In this document: in pieces, positions 9,118-17,859 of the stretch | Numbering within the stretch: position 1 is the first letter of the stretch | How the letters are laid out: every line of letters begins with the position of its first letter | Assembly (NCBI GenBank): GCA_019428825.1 | Contig: JAHYJU010000001.1 | Coordinates: forward strand, 1-41,698 | Direction: 5' to 3' | From: Patescibacteria group bacterium | Lineage (GTDB): Bacteria > Patescibacteriota > WWE3 > UBA101185 > UBA10185 | Length of the DNA stretch: 41,698 nucleotides | The notes under the pieces: generated by a model | The model's input: only the letters and a program-made list of their open reading frames with translations | Databases searched by the model: none | What the model was told of the DNA's origin: nothing | Position numbers and translations under genes: made by a program

Positions 9118-11181
9118 TTATAAACCCTTTTTAATCTCCCTAATCCTATCTCTCAAAACCGCAGCTTTTTCAAAATTCAAAACTTCAGCCTCATACTTCA
9201 TCAACTCTTCCAGTTTTTTAATTTCCTTCTTTAACTCCGCCGGTGGAAGTTGTCTATAATCAATATCCTGCCACGTTTCTTTTTTACCGCTTATCTGCTC
9301 CTCAATTTCCTGGTCAATAAGCTTTTCCCTAATGGGTTTAACTATCTGCTGGGGTGAAATCCCATGTTTTTCATTGTATTCAATCTGAATATTCCTTCTT
9401 CGCTCAACTTCCAAAATTGCACGCTTCATACTCCCGGTCACATTATCGGCATACATAACCACTTCTCCCTGAATATGCCTCGCAGCTCTCCCCATGGTTT
9501 GTATCAAAGAAGTCTCTGATCTTAAAAACCCTTCTTTATCAGCGTCCAAAATTGCAACCAAACTAACCTCCGGTAGATCCAATCCCTCTCTAAGTAAATT
9601 AATTCCAACCAAAACATCATATTCACCTTTTCTAAGATCATCTAAAATATCAGTTCTCTCTAAAGTATCCACATCTGAATGTAAATAAGTTACCTTCACA
9701 TTCTTTTCAGCTAAATAAGAAGATAACTCTTCTGCCATTCTTTTTGTCAAAGTTGTAACTAAAACTCTTTGACCCTCCGAAACTTTTTTCTGAATTCTTG
9801 AAAGTAAATCCTCAACCTGTCCTTTTGTAGGCAAGATAGTAATTTCGGGATCGGTTATTCCCGTAGGTCTTAAAAGAAGCTCGACTATTTTTTTATCCGA
9901 TTGTTCTAGCTCCCACTCATTGGGTGTCGCACTAACATAAACAGTGTTGCCTCTTCTCTTCATAAACTCTTCAAAATTTAGGGGTCTGTTATCCAAAGCA
10001 GAGGGTAATCTAAAACCATAGTCTATTAATGTTTGTTTTCTTGACCTATCACCGTTGTACATACCCCTAATCTGAGGAACGGTCATGTGAGACTCATCAA
10101 TTATTGTTATATAATCTTTCGGGAAATATTCCATTAGAGAGTAGGGTGCATCCCCGGGATTTCTACCGTCAAAATATCTCGAATAATTTTCAATTCCTTT
10201 GCAGTAACCAATTTCCCTAATCATTTCTAAGTCGTATCTTGTTCGTTGTTCTAATCTATAAGCAGCCACAGGTTTATTCTCTTTTTTTAACTCGTGTAAA
10301 CGTATCTCAAAGTCATGCTCAATCTGCTTAAAAGCATCTTCCCTAGTCTCCTCAGCTGTAACATAGTGTTTTGCGGGATAAATAATTGCAAAATCTTCGC
10401 GAAGGTCTCGCTCTTTTATATACTCTTCAACATCTTCCTTTATAGTTTCGGAAGTTTCGTCTAGCTTCTCACGGGGTAAATCCTTTAAAATTTCATTTCC
10501 TGTGAGAGGATCGAAATGAGAAATATTCATTAAAACATCATCGAAAATTTCCAACCGAAGACCGTTGTCCTGATAAGCAGGATAAACATCTATCACGTCT
10601 CCGACGACTCTATAAGTGCCTCTCTTAAAATCATAATCAGATCTTTCGTAATAAGTCTGACCTAATCTTTTTAAAAGGTCGGTTTTTCTTAACTTCATTC
10701 CGGTCCTAAGTTCTATTGCAACTTTGCTGTACTCAACAGGGGAACCTAAGTTGTAAATACAAGAAACCGAAGCCACAACTATTACATCTTTTCTTGTCAT
10801 CAATGACGTAGTTGCAGAAAGTCTGAGCTTATCTATTTTTTCATTTATAGCTGAGTCTTTTTCTATGTAAGTGTCAGTGGAGGGAATATAACTTTCCGGT
10901 TGATAGTAATCGTAGTAACTTACAAAATACTCAACTGCATTTTCAGGAAAAAAGTCTCGAAGCTCTTGATAAAGCTGGGCTGCTAATGTTTTATTGTGAG
11001 AGATAACCAAAGCAGGCTTTTTCAATTCTTCTATTACATTTGCCATTACAAATGTTTTACCGGAACCGGTTACACCTAAAAGAACCTGATCCTTCAGCCC
11101 GGATTTAATATTCTTAGTTAATTTTTTTATTGCCTGAGGCTGGTCACCTGTAGGTTTAAAAGATGATTTTAGTTTGAACAC
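9118..11181 (-). CDS. uvrB: Excinuclease ABC subunit B (UvrB)
   Basis: 687 aa with a GTG start. Walker A GVTGSGKT, DExH-type IIDESHMT, helicase C-terminal motifs, and a C-terminal UVR domain (NFEKAAVLRDRIREIKK). Confidence 0.95.
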   Translation of the reverse strand: MFKLKSSFKPTGDQPQAIKKLTKNIKSGLKDQVLLGVTGSGKTFVMANVIEELKKPALVISHNKTLAAQLYQELRDFFPENAVEYFVSYYDYYQPESYIPSTDTYIEKDSAINEKIDKLRLSATTSLMTRKDVIVVASVSCIYNLGSPVEYSKVAIELRTGMKLRKTDLLKRLGQTYYERSDYDFKRGTYRVVGDVIDVYPAYQDNGLRLEIFDDVLMNISHFDPLTGNEILKDLPREKLDETSETIKEDVEEYIKERDLREDFAIIYPAKHYVTAEETREDAFKQIEHDFEIRLHELKKENKPVAAYRLEQRTRYDLEMIREIGYCKGIENYSRYFDGRNPGDAPYSLMEYFPKDYITIIDESHMTVPQIRGMYNGDRSRKQTLIDYGFRLPSALDNRPLNFEEFMKRRGNTVYVSATPNEWELEQSDKKIVELLLRPTGITDPEITILPTKGQVEDLLSRIQKKVSEGQRVLVTTLTKRMAEELSSYLAEKNVKVTYLHSDVDTLERTDILDDLRKGEYDVLVGINLLREGLDLPEVSLVAILDADKEGFLRSETSLIQTMGRAARHIQGEVVMYADNVTGSMKRAILEVERRRNIQIEYNEKHGISPQQIVKPIREKLIDQEIEEQISGKKETWQDIDYRQLPPAELKKEIKKLEELMKYEAEVLNFEKAAVLRDRIREIKKGL

Positions 11182-11206
11182 GTAAAAATAATATCATAAA
11201 AACCTC

Positions 11207-11236
11207 TTGACATCTTCGGTTAATTTTCGGTAGTAT
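11207..11236 (+). promoter_or_regulatory. Candidate lexA promoter TTGACA-18-TAGTAT
   Basis: TTGACA at 11207-11212, an 18-nt spacer, TAGTAT at 11231-11236. AAGGAG lies 5 nt upstream of the lexA ATG. Confidence 0.55.
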
Positions 11237-11273
11237 AAAAATACGAAGAAAATACGTAAGTAAATTCTTTACT
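11233..11273. promoter_or_regulatory. Two palindromes at the lexA promoter; candidate LexA operators (unproven)
   Basis: GTAT-AAAA-ATAC (11233-11244) overlaps the -10 box. AGTAAA-TTC-TTTACT (11259-11273) lies between the promoter and the SD. Neither a GAAC-N4-GTTC nor a CTGT-N8-ACAG motif is present. Confidence 0.25.
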
Positions 11274-11294
11274 ATTTATTTTTAAGGAGAAAAA

Positions 11295-11927
11295 ATGAGC
11301 CCCGTAACGCTTTATAAAAAACAAAAACAAATTTTAGATTATATCTCTCAGTATATACAAACTAATGGTTACTCCCCTACTCTTCAGGAAATTGCTGACG
11401 CCATGGGACTTTCCTCACTTTCTACGGTGCATGAGCATCTACAAGCTTTAGAAAGAAAAGATATTATAAAAAGATACGAAGGTGCTGTCAGAGGAATAGA
11501 GATAGTTGATAACACAGTAAATGCAAATATTAGCGCTATAGAGTTACCACTTATCGGATACATTGCAGCCGGAGAACCTATAGAAGCAATTGAAAATGAT
11601 CTTGAAACCGTACTTGTTTCTTCTGACATGGTATCAAAATCAAAAAGATGTTTTGTTCTCCAAGTAAAAGGTTCCTCGATGATAAACGAAGGGATTGTAG
11701 ACGGGGATTATGTGGTTTTAAAACAACAGGAAACTGCCAACAACGGGGATATTGTAGTTGCATTAATTGATGAGGGTTTTGCTACACTTAAAAAATTCTT
11801 TAGAGAAAAAGACGGGATGATAAGACTTCAACCGGCAAACGACGAGATGGATCCAATATTCGTGAAATCAACTCAAATTAAAATTCAGGGTGTAGTAACG
11901 GGTATTGTAAGAAGGTACCAAAACTAA
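11295..11927 (+). CDS. lexA: LexA repressor (S24 peptidase)
   Basis: N-terminal winged-HTH (PTLQEIADAMGLSSLSTVHEHLQALERKDIIKR), cleavage-site region IAAGEPIEA, catalytic Ser (VKGSSM) and Lys (ATLKKF). Confidence 0.9.
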   Translation: MSPVTLYKKQKQILDYISQYIQTNGYSPTLQEIADAMGLSSLSTVHEHLQALERKDIIKRYEGAVRGIEIVDNTVNANISAIELPLIGYIAAGEPIEAIENDLETVLVSSDMVSKSKRCFVLQVKGSSMINEGIVDGDYVVLKQQETANNGDIVVALIDEGFATLKKFFREKDGMIRLQPANDEMDPIFVKSTQIKIQGVVTGIVRRYQN

Positions 11928-11985
11928 ACCCTGGCCGTAACTTATTGTCATTTAAAATCCCCTAATGTAAACTAAATAAGTTATT

Positions 11986-13371
11986 ATGACAAACTTAGTT
12001 CAACCGATAATTTCATATTTAGAAGGTTTGGCTCAACATGTTCCACTGGAATTGTTTACGCTCATAGGGACCTTTATTGAAGAATTTATAGCACCAATAC
12101 CTTCTCCTTTTGTTTTAGCAACCGCAGGTTCTATAACAAAAGCTCAGAATAACCCACTTATTTACTTAGTTTTTATTGCATTCATAGGCTCAATAGGAAA
12201 AACCTTTGGCGGATGGCTTTTATATCTCATTACAGATAAGATGGAGGATATTTTTACTTCAAAATTTGGTAAATTTATCGGAATAACAAGCGGAGATATT
12301 GAAAAAATTGGCTCATATTTCAACGGAACAAAAAGAGATTGGTTAATTTTATTTTTAATAAGATCCTTTCCCCCTGCTCCGAGCTCTCCTGTATCAATTA
12401 CCTGCGGTTTAATAAAAATAAAGATGAGAACATTCTTAACTGCTTCATTTTTGGGAAATATAATCAGAAACTTAGCTTACTTATATATAGGGTATGCAGG
12501 CCTAGCTGCGTCAGAAGAGTTTATGAGAGGTATGGAAAAAACTGAATCTGTAACACAAATTATTGTAGTGGGGTTACTATTGGCAGTACTGATTTGGGGG
12601 TATAAACAAAGAAAGAAGTTTTTTTCAAATGGAAATGGGAAAACAACTGAAAAAGAAGATTTATTATTCAAATATAAACACGCCATTCCCGGTGATTTTA
12701 TTGAAAAGCATGGAAAGGAAAAAATCATCGAGGGACTAAAGGTTCTAACCTACAAAAACATAGACCCACTCCCTAAAACTAAAGAACAAGGTCACTCTAC
12801 TCTCTATATATTTAGACATGGGGAGTCGGAAGACAACCTCAACTTAATTTTCAGCGGTTGGAGAGATGTGGGAATAACTGAAAATGGAAAGGCACAAGCT
12901 AAAATACTGGCTCCAAAGTTAAAGGATATAAAATTTGAAAAACTGTACGCTTCCACTCAAATCCGAGCTATTGATACAATGAAAATTGCTATCTCTCAAA
13001 ACAAGAGTGTAAAAAATCTCGAAATAATCAAAGATGAAAGAATAAGAGAAAGATCCTACGGAGACTTGGAGGGAACAAGCAAACTGGAATATTATCTAAA
13101 AGACTCCGAAGGTTTAGAAACACTAAGAAGGGATTTCTATAATATCCCACCCAATGGAGAAAGTTTGGAAATTGTGTGCAAAAGAGTTGCTGAATTTTGT
13201 GATGAACTAGTTGAGGAAATTAAGGAAAAAAACATAAATGTTGCAATCTCCTGCCATGGAAACTCTATTAGGGGTTTTAGGAAATATTTTGAAAACCTTG
13301 ATAATGAAACTGTAGCAAAAGTAGAGACACCTTTAGCTCAGGACTACGCCTCGTACACTATAAAAGATTAA
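11986..13371 (+). CDS. Fusion protein: N-terminal DedA/VTT-family membrane domain plus C-terminal histidine phosphatase (phosphoglycerate-mutase family) domain
   Basis: DedA-type motifs FIEEFIAPIPSPFVLATAG and FLIRSFPPAPSSPVSITCG, with several TM segments, cover about aa 1-205. After a linker comes the RHG motif LYIFRHGESEDN (R at aa 277), then GWRDVGITENGKAQA and a distal His in AISCHGNSIRGF. Confidence 0.75.
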   Translation: MTNLVQPIISYLEGLAQHVPLELFTLIGTFIEEFIAPIPSPFVLATAGSITKAQNNPLIYLVFIAFIGSIGKTFGGWLLYLITDKMEDIFTSKFGKFIGITSGDIEKIGSYFNGTKRDWLILFLIRSFPPAPSSPVSITCGLIKIKMRTFLTASFLGNIIRNLAYLYIGYAGLAASEEFMRGMEKTESVTQIIVVGLLLAVLIWGYKQRKKFFSNGNGKTTEKEDLLFKYKHAIPGDFIEKHGKEKIIEGLKVLTYKNIDPLPKTKEQGHSTLYIFRHGESEDNLNLIFSGWRDVGITENGKAQAKILAPKLKDIKFEKLYASTQIRAIDTMKIAISQNKSVKNLEIIKDERIRERSYGDLEGTSKLEYYLKDSEGLETLRRDFYNIPPNGESLEIVCKRVAEFCDELVEEIKEKNINVAISCHGNSIRGFRKYFENLDNETVAKVETPLAQDYASYTIKD

Positions 13372-14591
13372 AATCCGTAAAAAATCTCAAGCAATCGATT
13401 ATATTTAGCCACCCTCTCACCTCTTGCAGGTGCGCCTGACTTCATAAAATCAGCATCAACTGCAATTGCAAGGTCTGAGATGAAAGAATCGGGGTTGTCC
13501 CCGCTCCTGTGAGATATAACAATATTCATTTTTGATTTTTTAGCCAATTTAACAAAATCAAAAGTCTCAGTTAACGTTCCTATTTGATTTGGTTTAACAA
13601 TAACGGCGTTAGCCATTTTCTCTTTTGACACTCTTTCTAATATTTTTGCGTTTGTAACAACAAGGTCATCAGCAACTATCATGTATTTATCTTTATTTAA
13701 TTTGTAGAACTTTGACCAACCAAACTCATCTCTCTCAAACAAAGGGTCTTCTAGATAAATTATTTTGTAACCGGAGAAAAGGTCTATGTAATAATCGATG
13801 ACTTCATCCGAGCTCATATTTAAGTTCTCTTCATTTATGCAGTACTGACCATTTTCATAAAAAGACCCGGCCGCTATATCAAGCCCAAAGAAAACATCAT
13901 TTCCGGGCTCATATTTAACTGCCGCCGCTTCTTCCAAAAAATCCAAAGCCGTTCTACTCGATAAACCTTGAGGTTCAAAACCACCCTCATCTCCTACCCC
14001 TGTCTCAAAACCTTCTTGAATAAGAATGTTTTTTAAATCTTTATAAATATTTACACCCATCTCAAGAGCTTTATTAAATGGAGTATTTAGAGCAGGAATA
14101 ACCATAAACTCCTGAAAGGATAGTTTGTTTTTTGCGTGCGCTCCTCCATTTATAACATTGAAAATTGGTGTGGGGAATTTCAAATCACCATTCATTTTTT
14201 CCTTTCCTGAGTATAAAACACTTAAATGCTGATAAAGTTCTAAACCTAATGAATTAGCCGCCGCTCGGGAGCATGCTAAAGACACCGAAAGGATACTGTT
14301 AGCTCCTATCCTTCCCTTATTGTCAGTTCCGTCCATTTCTATTAATGTTTTATCTATCATTGCCTGATCACTTGGATCTTTTCCAATAAGAACATCATTT
14401 ATGGATGTGGAAACAAAATCAGAAGCCTTATCAACGTCAATGTATACAGCCTCATTTTCCCCCACCGAAGCCCCGGAAGGTACCGCCTGAACTCCAACTG
14501 AGCCATCGTCCAAAGTCACCTTTGTTTCAATAGTCCAGTTACCTCTGGAATCAATAATTTTTTGACTTCTAATGTTTTCTATTTTACCCAT
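13368..14591 (-). CDS. eno: Enolase (divergent)
   Basis: Motifs SRGNWTIE, VPSGASVGENEA, DEGGFEP, LEDPL, VADDL, VKPNQIGT, SHRSG and KSGAPARGERVAKYNRLLEI. The usual SHRSGETED is replaced by SHRSGDNPD. Confidence 0.88.
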   Translation of the reverse strand: MGKIENIRSQKIIDSRGNWTIETKVTLDDGSVGVQAVPSGASVGENEAVYIDVDKASDFVSTSINDVLIGKDPSDQAMIDKTLIEMDGTDNKGRIGANSILSVSLACSRAAANSLGLELYQHLSVLYSGKEKMNGDLKFPTPIFNVINGGAHAKNKLSFQEFMVIPALNTPFNKALEMGVNIYKDLKNILIQEGFETGVGDEGGFEPQGLSSRTALDFLEEAAAVKYEPGNDVFFGLDIAAGSFYENGQYCINEENLNMSSDEVIDYYIDLFSGYKIIYLEDPLFERDEFGWSKFYKLNKDKYMIVADDLVVTNAKILERVSKEKMANAVIVKPNQIGTLTETFDFVKLAKKSKMNIVISHRSGDNPDSFISDLAIAVDADFMKSGAPARGERVAKYNRLLEIFYGF

Positions 14592-14594
14592 ACC

Positions 14595-16955
14595 TTATTT
14601 TTTCTTTTTTGACTTAGAACTTGAGGTCTTTTTGATAGCTTTCTTTTTAACTGCAGACGTCTTTTTACTTGAACTGCTTTTTTTACCTGAACCCTCTTTT
14701 TTCCTATTCAAGACCTTTTTCTCAGCTTCGTAAACTATCTCTCTTGTTTTTTCTATAACATCAGGGCTGATAGAAACGGATGTCATACCCCAGTCAACCA
14801 TCATTTCCACAAGTTCGGGAAAGACGGACGGTGCCTGACCGCAAACCGAACAAGTAACATCTCTTTTTTTACAAGTTGTAACAATTTTTTCTAGAGAAGC
14901 TAATACTGCGGGATTCATCTCGCTATAAATATCTGCAACTTTTTCGTTGTCTCTGTCAACACCCAGCGTAAGCATTGTTAAATCATTAGTACCTATTGAA
15001 ACCCCATCTATACCCACATCTATAAAGTCGTCCAGTAAAATTACGTTTGAAGGAATTTCTACCATCATCCAAAACTTAAATGTCCCGCTTCTTCTTAAAC
15101 CTGAAGCAGAAACTATTTTTTTGACTTCTTCCAGCTCTTTTACGGTTCTCACAAAAGGCATCATAACCCAAAGGTTTTTTAATCCTTTTTTATTTCTAAC
15201 AATTTTTATAGCCTCAAGCTCCATTTCAAAGACATCAATATCTTTTATGTATCTTGAAACACCTCTATAACCAATCATTGGGTTTGGTTCATCGCTCTCA
15301 AACTCTGCCCCACCTTTCAAATTAGCGTATTCGTTACTCTTAAAATCTGTAAATCTGTAAACAACAGGTCTTGGATTAAAAGCATCGGCGAATTTCTCTA
15401 AACCTTCGGCTAATTTATTGATAAATTCTTTCTTTTTACCGTCCTTGATAAACTTCTTGGGGTGAGTTCCGATGTTTGCAATTATAAACTCCGCCCTCAA
15501 AAGGCCTATACCATCAGTATTTCTGGCAGCCATTTCAGAAGCAAGTTCCGGTTCAGCTAAATTCACATATATTTTTGTTGCTGTTTTGATTTTACTCAAA
15601 TCAATCTTTGATCTTTTTGTTTCCTCAACTACAACAGTAATATCACCTTCATAAACCTTACCGGAAGCTCCGTCTACAGTTATTATTTCTCCGCTTGAAA
15701 GCATTTTTGTAGCATTTAGAGTTCCGACAATAGCGGGAACTCCCAACTCCCTACTTACAATTGCCGCATGGCTAGTTCTTCCTCCAAGGTCAGTAACTAT
15801 GGCTCCGGCTCTTTTCATTGCGGGAACATAATCAGGATTGGTCATTTCCGCAACTAAAATATCATCTTCTTTTACTTTTGATATCTCTTTAGGACTCTTA
15901 ACTATTTGAACTTTACCTGAAAAAACTCCAGGTGAAGCAGCCAGACCCTCAAAAAGAACTTTGGAACCCTTTCCCTCTTCTACAGCTAAGTTTTTTGTTT
16001 TTTGAATCAATGTAGTGACAGGTCGGGATTGAACAATCTTAATCTTACCTTTCTCTACACCATATTCTATGTCCTGAGGACGTCCGTAGTGTTTTTCTAT
16101 CTGCATACCAATTTTAGCCAGCTCGACGATCTGTTTGTTAGTCATTTTTTGAGCTTTTTTATATTTCTTGGAAATCGGAGTTTTTCCTTCCATGGTAAGT
16201 TGCCAATCTTGAGGAACAATCGTTCTTGATGTAATTTTCCCCGTTTTTTTACTCACAACATACTGGTCAGGTGTTATTTCACCTGAAACAACCGGTTGAC
16301 CTAAACCAAAAGCAGCTTCAATTGAAATCTCCTCATCATTATTTGTAACCGGATTAACAGTAAACATAATTCCTGAGGCATCAGATTGACACATGAGTTG
16401 TACAGGAACGGCTATACCAACTTTTAAATGTGAGAATTTATTTTCATTTCTATAAAATATGGCACGGGCAGTAAAAAGAGATGCCCAACATTTTTGTACG
16501 TGGGTTGCTACGCTTTTCCAACCCTTTATTTCCAAATAGGACTCTTGTTGACCTGCAAAAGAAGCCTCGGGTAAATCCTCAGCCGTAGCTGACGATCTAA
16601 CAGCGACATATTTATCGCTCTCACCGCTTAATTCATTGTAGTAAGTTTTTATCTCCTCTATAAGCTCCTTAGGCATTTCTGCTTGGAGAATTGCGAGTCT
16701 TACCCTCTCAGCGGCTTTAACTAGCTTATCAGAATCCTCAACATCCAAACCGGACATTTCAGTCATTATTTTCTTCTTGATAGATGTTGAATTTATGAAA
16801 TCGTAATAGGCTTTGGCGGTTACGACAAAACCATCGGGGACGGGTATTCCGGCTTTTACCATCTCACCTAAATTTGCACCCTTCCCTCCAACTAACGGAA
16901 TATCATTTTTATTAATTTCTTTGAACCAAAGAATGTGGGCAGTTTTTTTATTCAT
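14595..16955 (-). CDS. ppsA: Phosphoenolpyruvate synthase (pyruvate, water dikinase) with a Lys/Ser-rich C-terminal tail
   Basis: 786 aa. N-terminal LVGGKGANLGEM, phosphohistidine swivel motif GGRTSHAAIVSRELGVPAIVG, C-terminal PEP-utilising barrel (GVSIGTNDLTML, CGQAP). The last roughly 35 aa read KKEGSGKKSSSSKKTSAVKKKAIKKTSSSKSKKKK. Confidence 0.85.
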   Translation of the reverse strand: MNKKTAHILWFKEINKNDIPLVGGKGANLGEMVKAGIPVPDGFVVTAKAYYDFINSTSIKKKIMTEMSGLDVEDSDKLVKAAERVRLAILQAEMPKELIEEIKTYYNELSGESDKYVAVRSSATAEDLPEASFAGQQESYLEIKGWKSVATHVQKCWASLFTARAIFYRNENKFSHLKVGIAVPVQLMCQSDASGIMFTVNPVTNNDEEISIEAAFGLGQPVVSGEITPDQYVVSKKTGKITSRTIVPQDWQLTMEGKTPISKKYKKAQKMTNKQIVELAKIGMQIEKHYGRPQDIEYGVEKGKIKIVQSRPVTTLIQKTKNLAVEEGKGSKVLFEGLAASPGVFSGKVQIVKSPKEISKVKEDDILVAEMTNPDYVPAMKRAGAIVTDLGGRTSHAAIVSRELGVPAIVGTLNATKMLSSGEIITVDGASGKVYEGDITVVVEETKRSKIDLSKIKTATKIYVNLAEPELASEMAARNTDGIGLLRAEFIIANIGTHPKKFIKDGKKKEFINKLAEGLEKFADAFNPRPVVYRFTDFKSNEYANLKGGAEFESDEPNPMIGYRGVSRYIKDIDVFEMELEAIKIVRNKKGLKNLWVMMPFVRTVKELEEVKKIVSASGLRRSGTFKFWMMVEIPSNVILLDDFIDVGIDGVSIGTNDLTMLTLGVDRDNEKVADIYSEMNPAVLASLEKIVTTCKKRDVTCSVCGQAPSVFPELVEMMVDWGMTSVSISPDVIEKTREIVYEAEKKVLNRKKEGSGKKSSSSKKTSAVKKKAIKKTSSSKSKKKK

Positions 16956-16961
16956 ATGAAA

Positions 16962-16990
16962 ATACTAGCATTGAAAATGGAACGGAACAA
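16962..16990 (-). promoter_or_regulatory. Candidate ppsA promoter TTGTTC-17-TAGTAT, with the ATG 6 nt after the -10 (leaderless-type)
   Basis: Minus strand: TTGTTC (16990-16985), a 17-nt spacer, TAGTAT (16967-16962), then tttcat and the ATG at 16955. No SD. Confidence 0.4.
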
Positions 16991-17017
16991 TATTTTTAAA
17001 TTAAAAAAAATAATATT

Positions 17018-17848
17018 CTACTTCGTAGGAATCACAAAAATGAATTTGGTCCCTTTTGGCTTATTATCTTCTACCCATATCTTACCGCCGTGTGCTTCGA
17101 CAATTCCCTTTGATATAACCAAACCGAGACCGGTGCCTTTTTGCACACCATCCTGGTTTGAGGCCTGGAAAAATTTCTGAAATAAAAAGGGTTTTTCTTT
17201 ATCGGAAATACCTACACCTGTATCACAAATCTCAACTCTGCATGCACCATCAACTTTTTTTGAAATAATTGATATAGAACCACCCGAAGTATTGAACTTG
17301 ATAGCATTGGAAATAAGATTATTTAAAACCTGTTTAATTCTTTCGGGGTCGAAATTGAAGCTTGGGAGATGCTCATCAGTCTGACAATCTAGTGCAATTT
17401 CCTTAATCTTAGCTAGTGAATCAAAATATGAACACTCATCTCTAAGAACAGGGTTTATATCAGAAAAAGTCTTATTTATTTCAAATCTACCGCTTTCCAT
17501 TTTTGATACATCTAAAATACTTCCGACCATCCCGAGAAGTGTTGAGGAAGATGTCTTAATTTGATTCAAAAGTGTGTGTATCTGCTCAGAAGAAAGGTCA
17601 TCAGTACTTTTTATCAAAAGGTCAGCTGCCCCCTGAATAACAGAAAGTGGGGACCTTAGTTCATGTACAAGCATCGGCAAAAAATCATCCTGAGTAGCTT
17701 GTTTTTTTGCTTGGGATTTAATAAATTCCTCTTCGTATTGTTTTAATTTAGTTAAATTCTTTGTTTTAGAAAAAAGTAGAATCGAAATAACCAGAAGGAC
17801 GATTGATTCTAGTATTACTAGAATATTTAATAAATATATTTGATTCAT
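17018..17848 (-). CDS. Sensor histidine kinase with a single N-terminal TM and no recognisable sensor domain
   Basis: H-box LVHELRSPL, N-box LNNLISNAIKF, G1 DTGVGI, G2 GTGLGL. One hydrophobic segment is followed directly by the DHp domain. Confidence 0.85.
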   Translation of the reverse strand: MNQIYLLNILVILESIVLLVISILLFSKTKNLTKLKQYEEEFIKSQAKKQATQDDFLPMLVHELRSPLSVIQGAADLLIKSTDDLSSEQIHTLLNQIKTSSSTLLGMVGSILDVSKMESGRFEINKTFSDINPVLRDECSYFDSLAKIKEIALDCQTDEHLPSFNFDPERIKQVLNNLISNAIKFNTSGGSISIISKKVDGACRVEICDTGVGISDKEKPFLFQKFFQASNQDGVQKGTGLGLVISKGIVEAHGGKIWVEDNKPKGTKFIFVIPTK

Positions 17849-17859
17849 ATAGGCAGTTT

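Noticed and set aside
13368-14591. Enolase as a pseudo-enzyme, because SHRSGETED is replaced by SHRSGDNPD and GASTG by GASVG.
   Set aside because: The residues known to be catalytic or metal-binding appear retained in context: the Ser in GAS, DEGGFEP, LDIAA, LEDP, ADDL, KPNQIGT, HRS and KSGAPARGERVAKYN. The gene is divergent but probably active.
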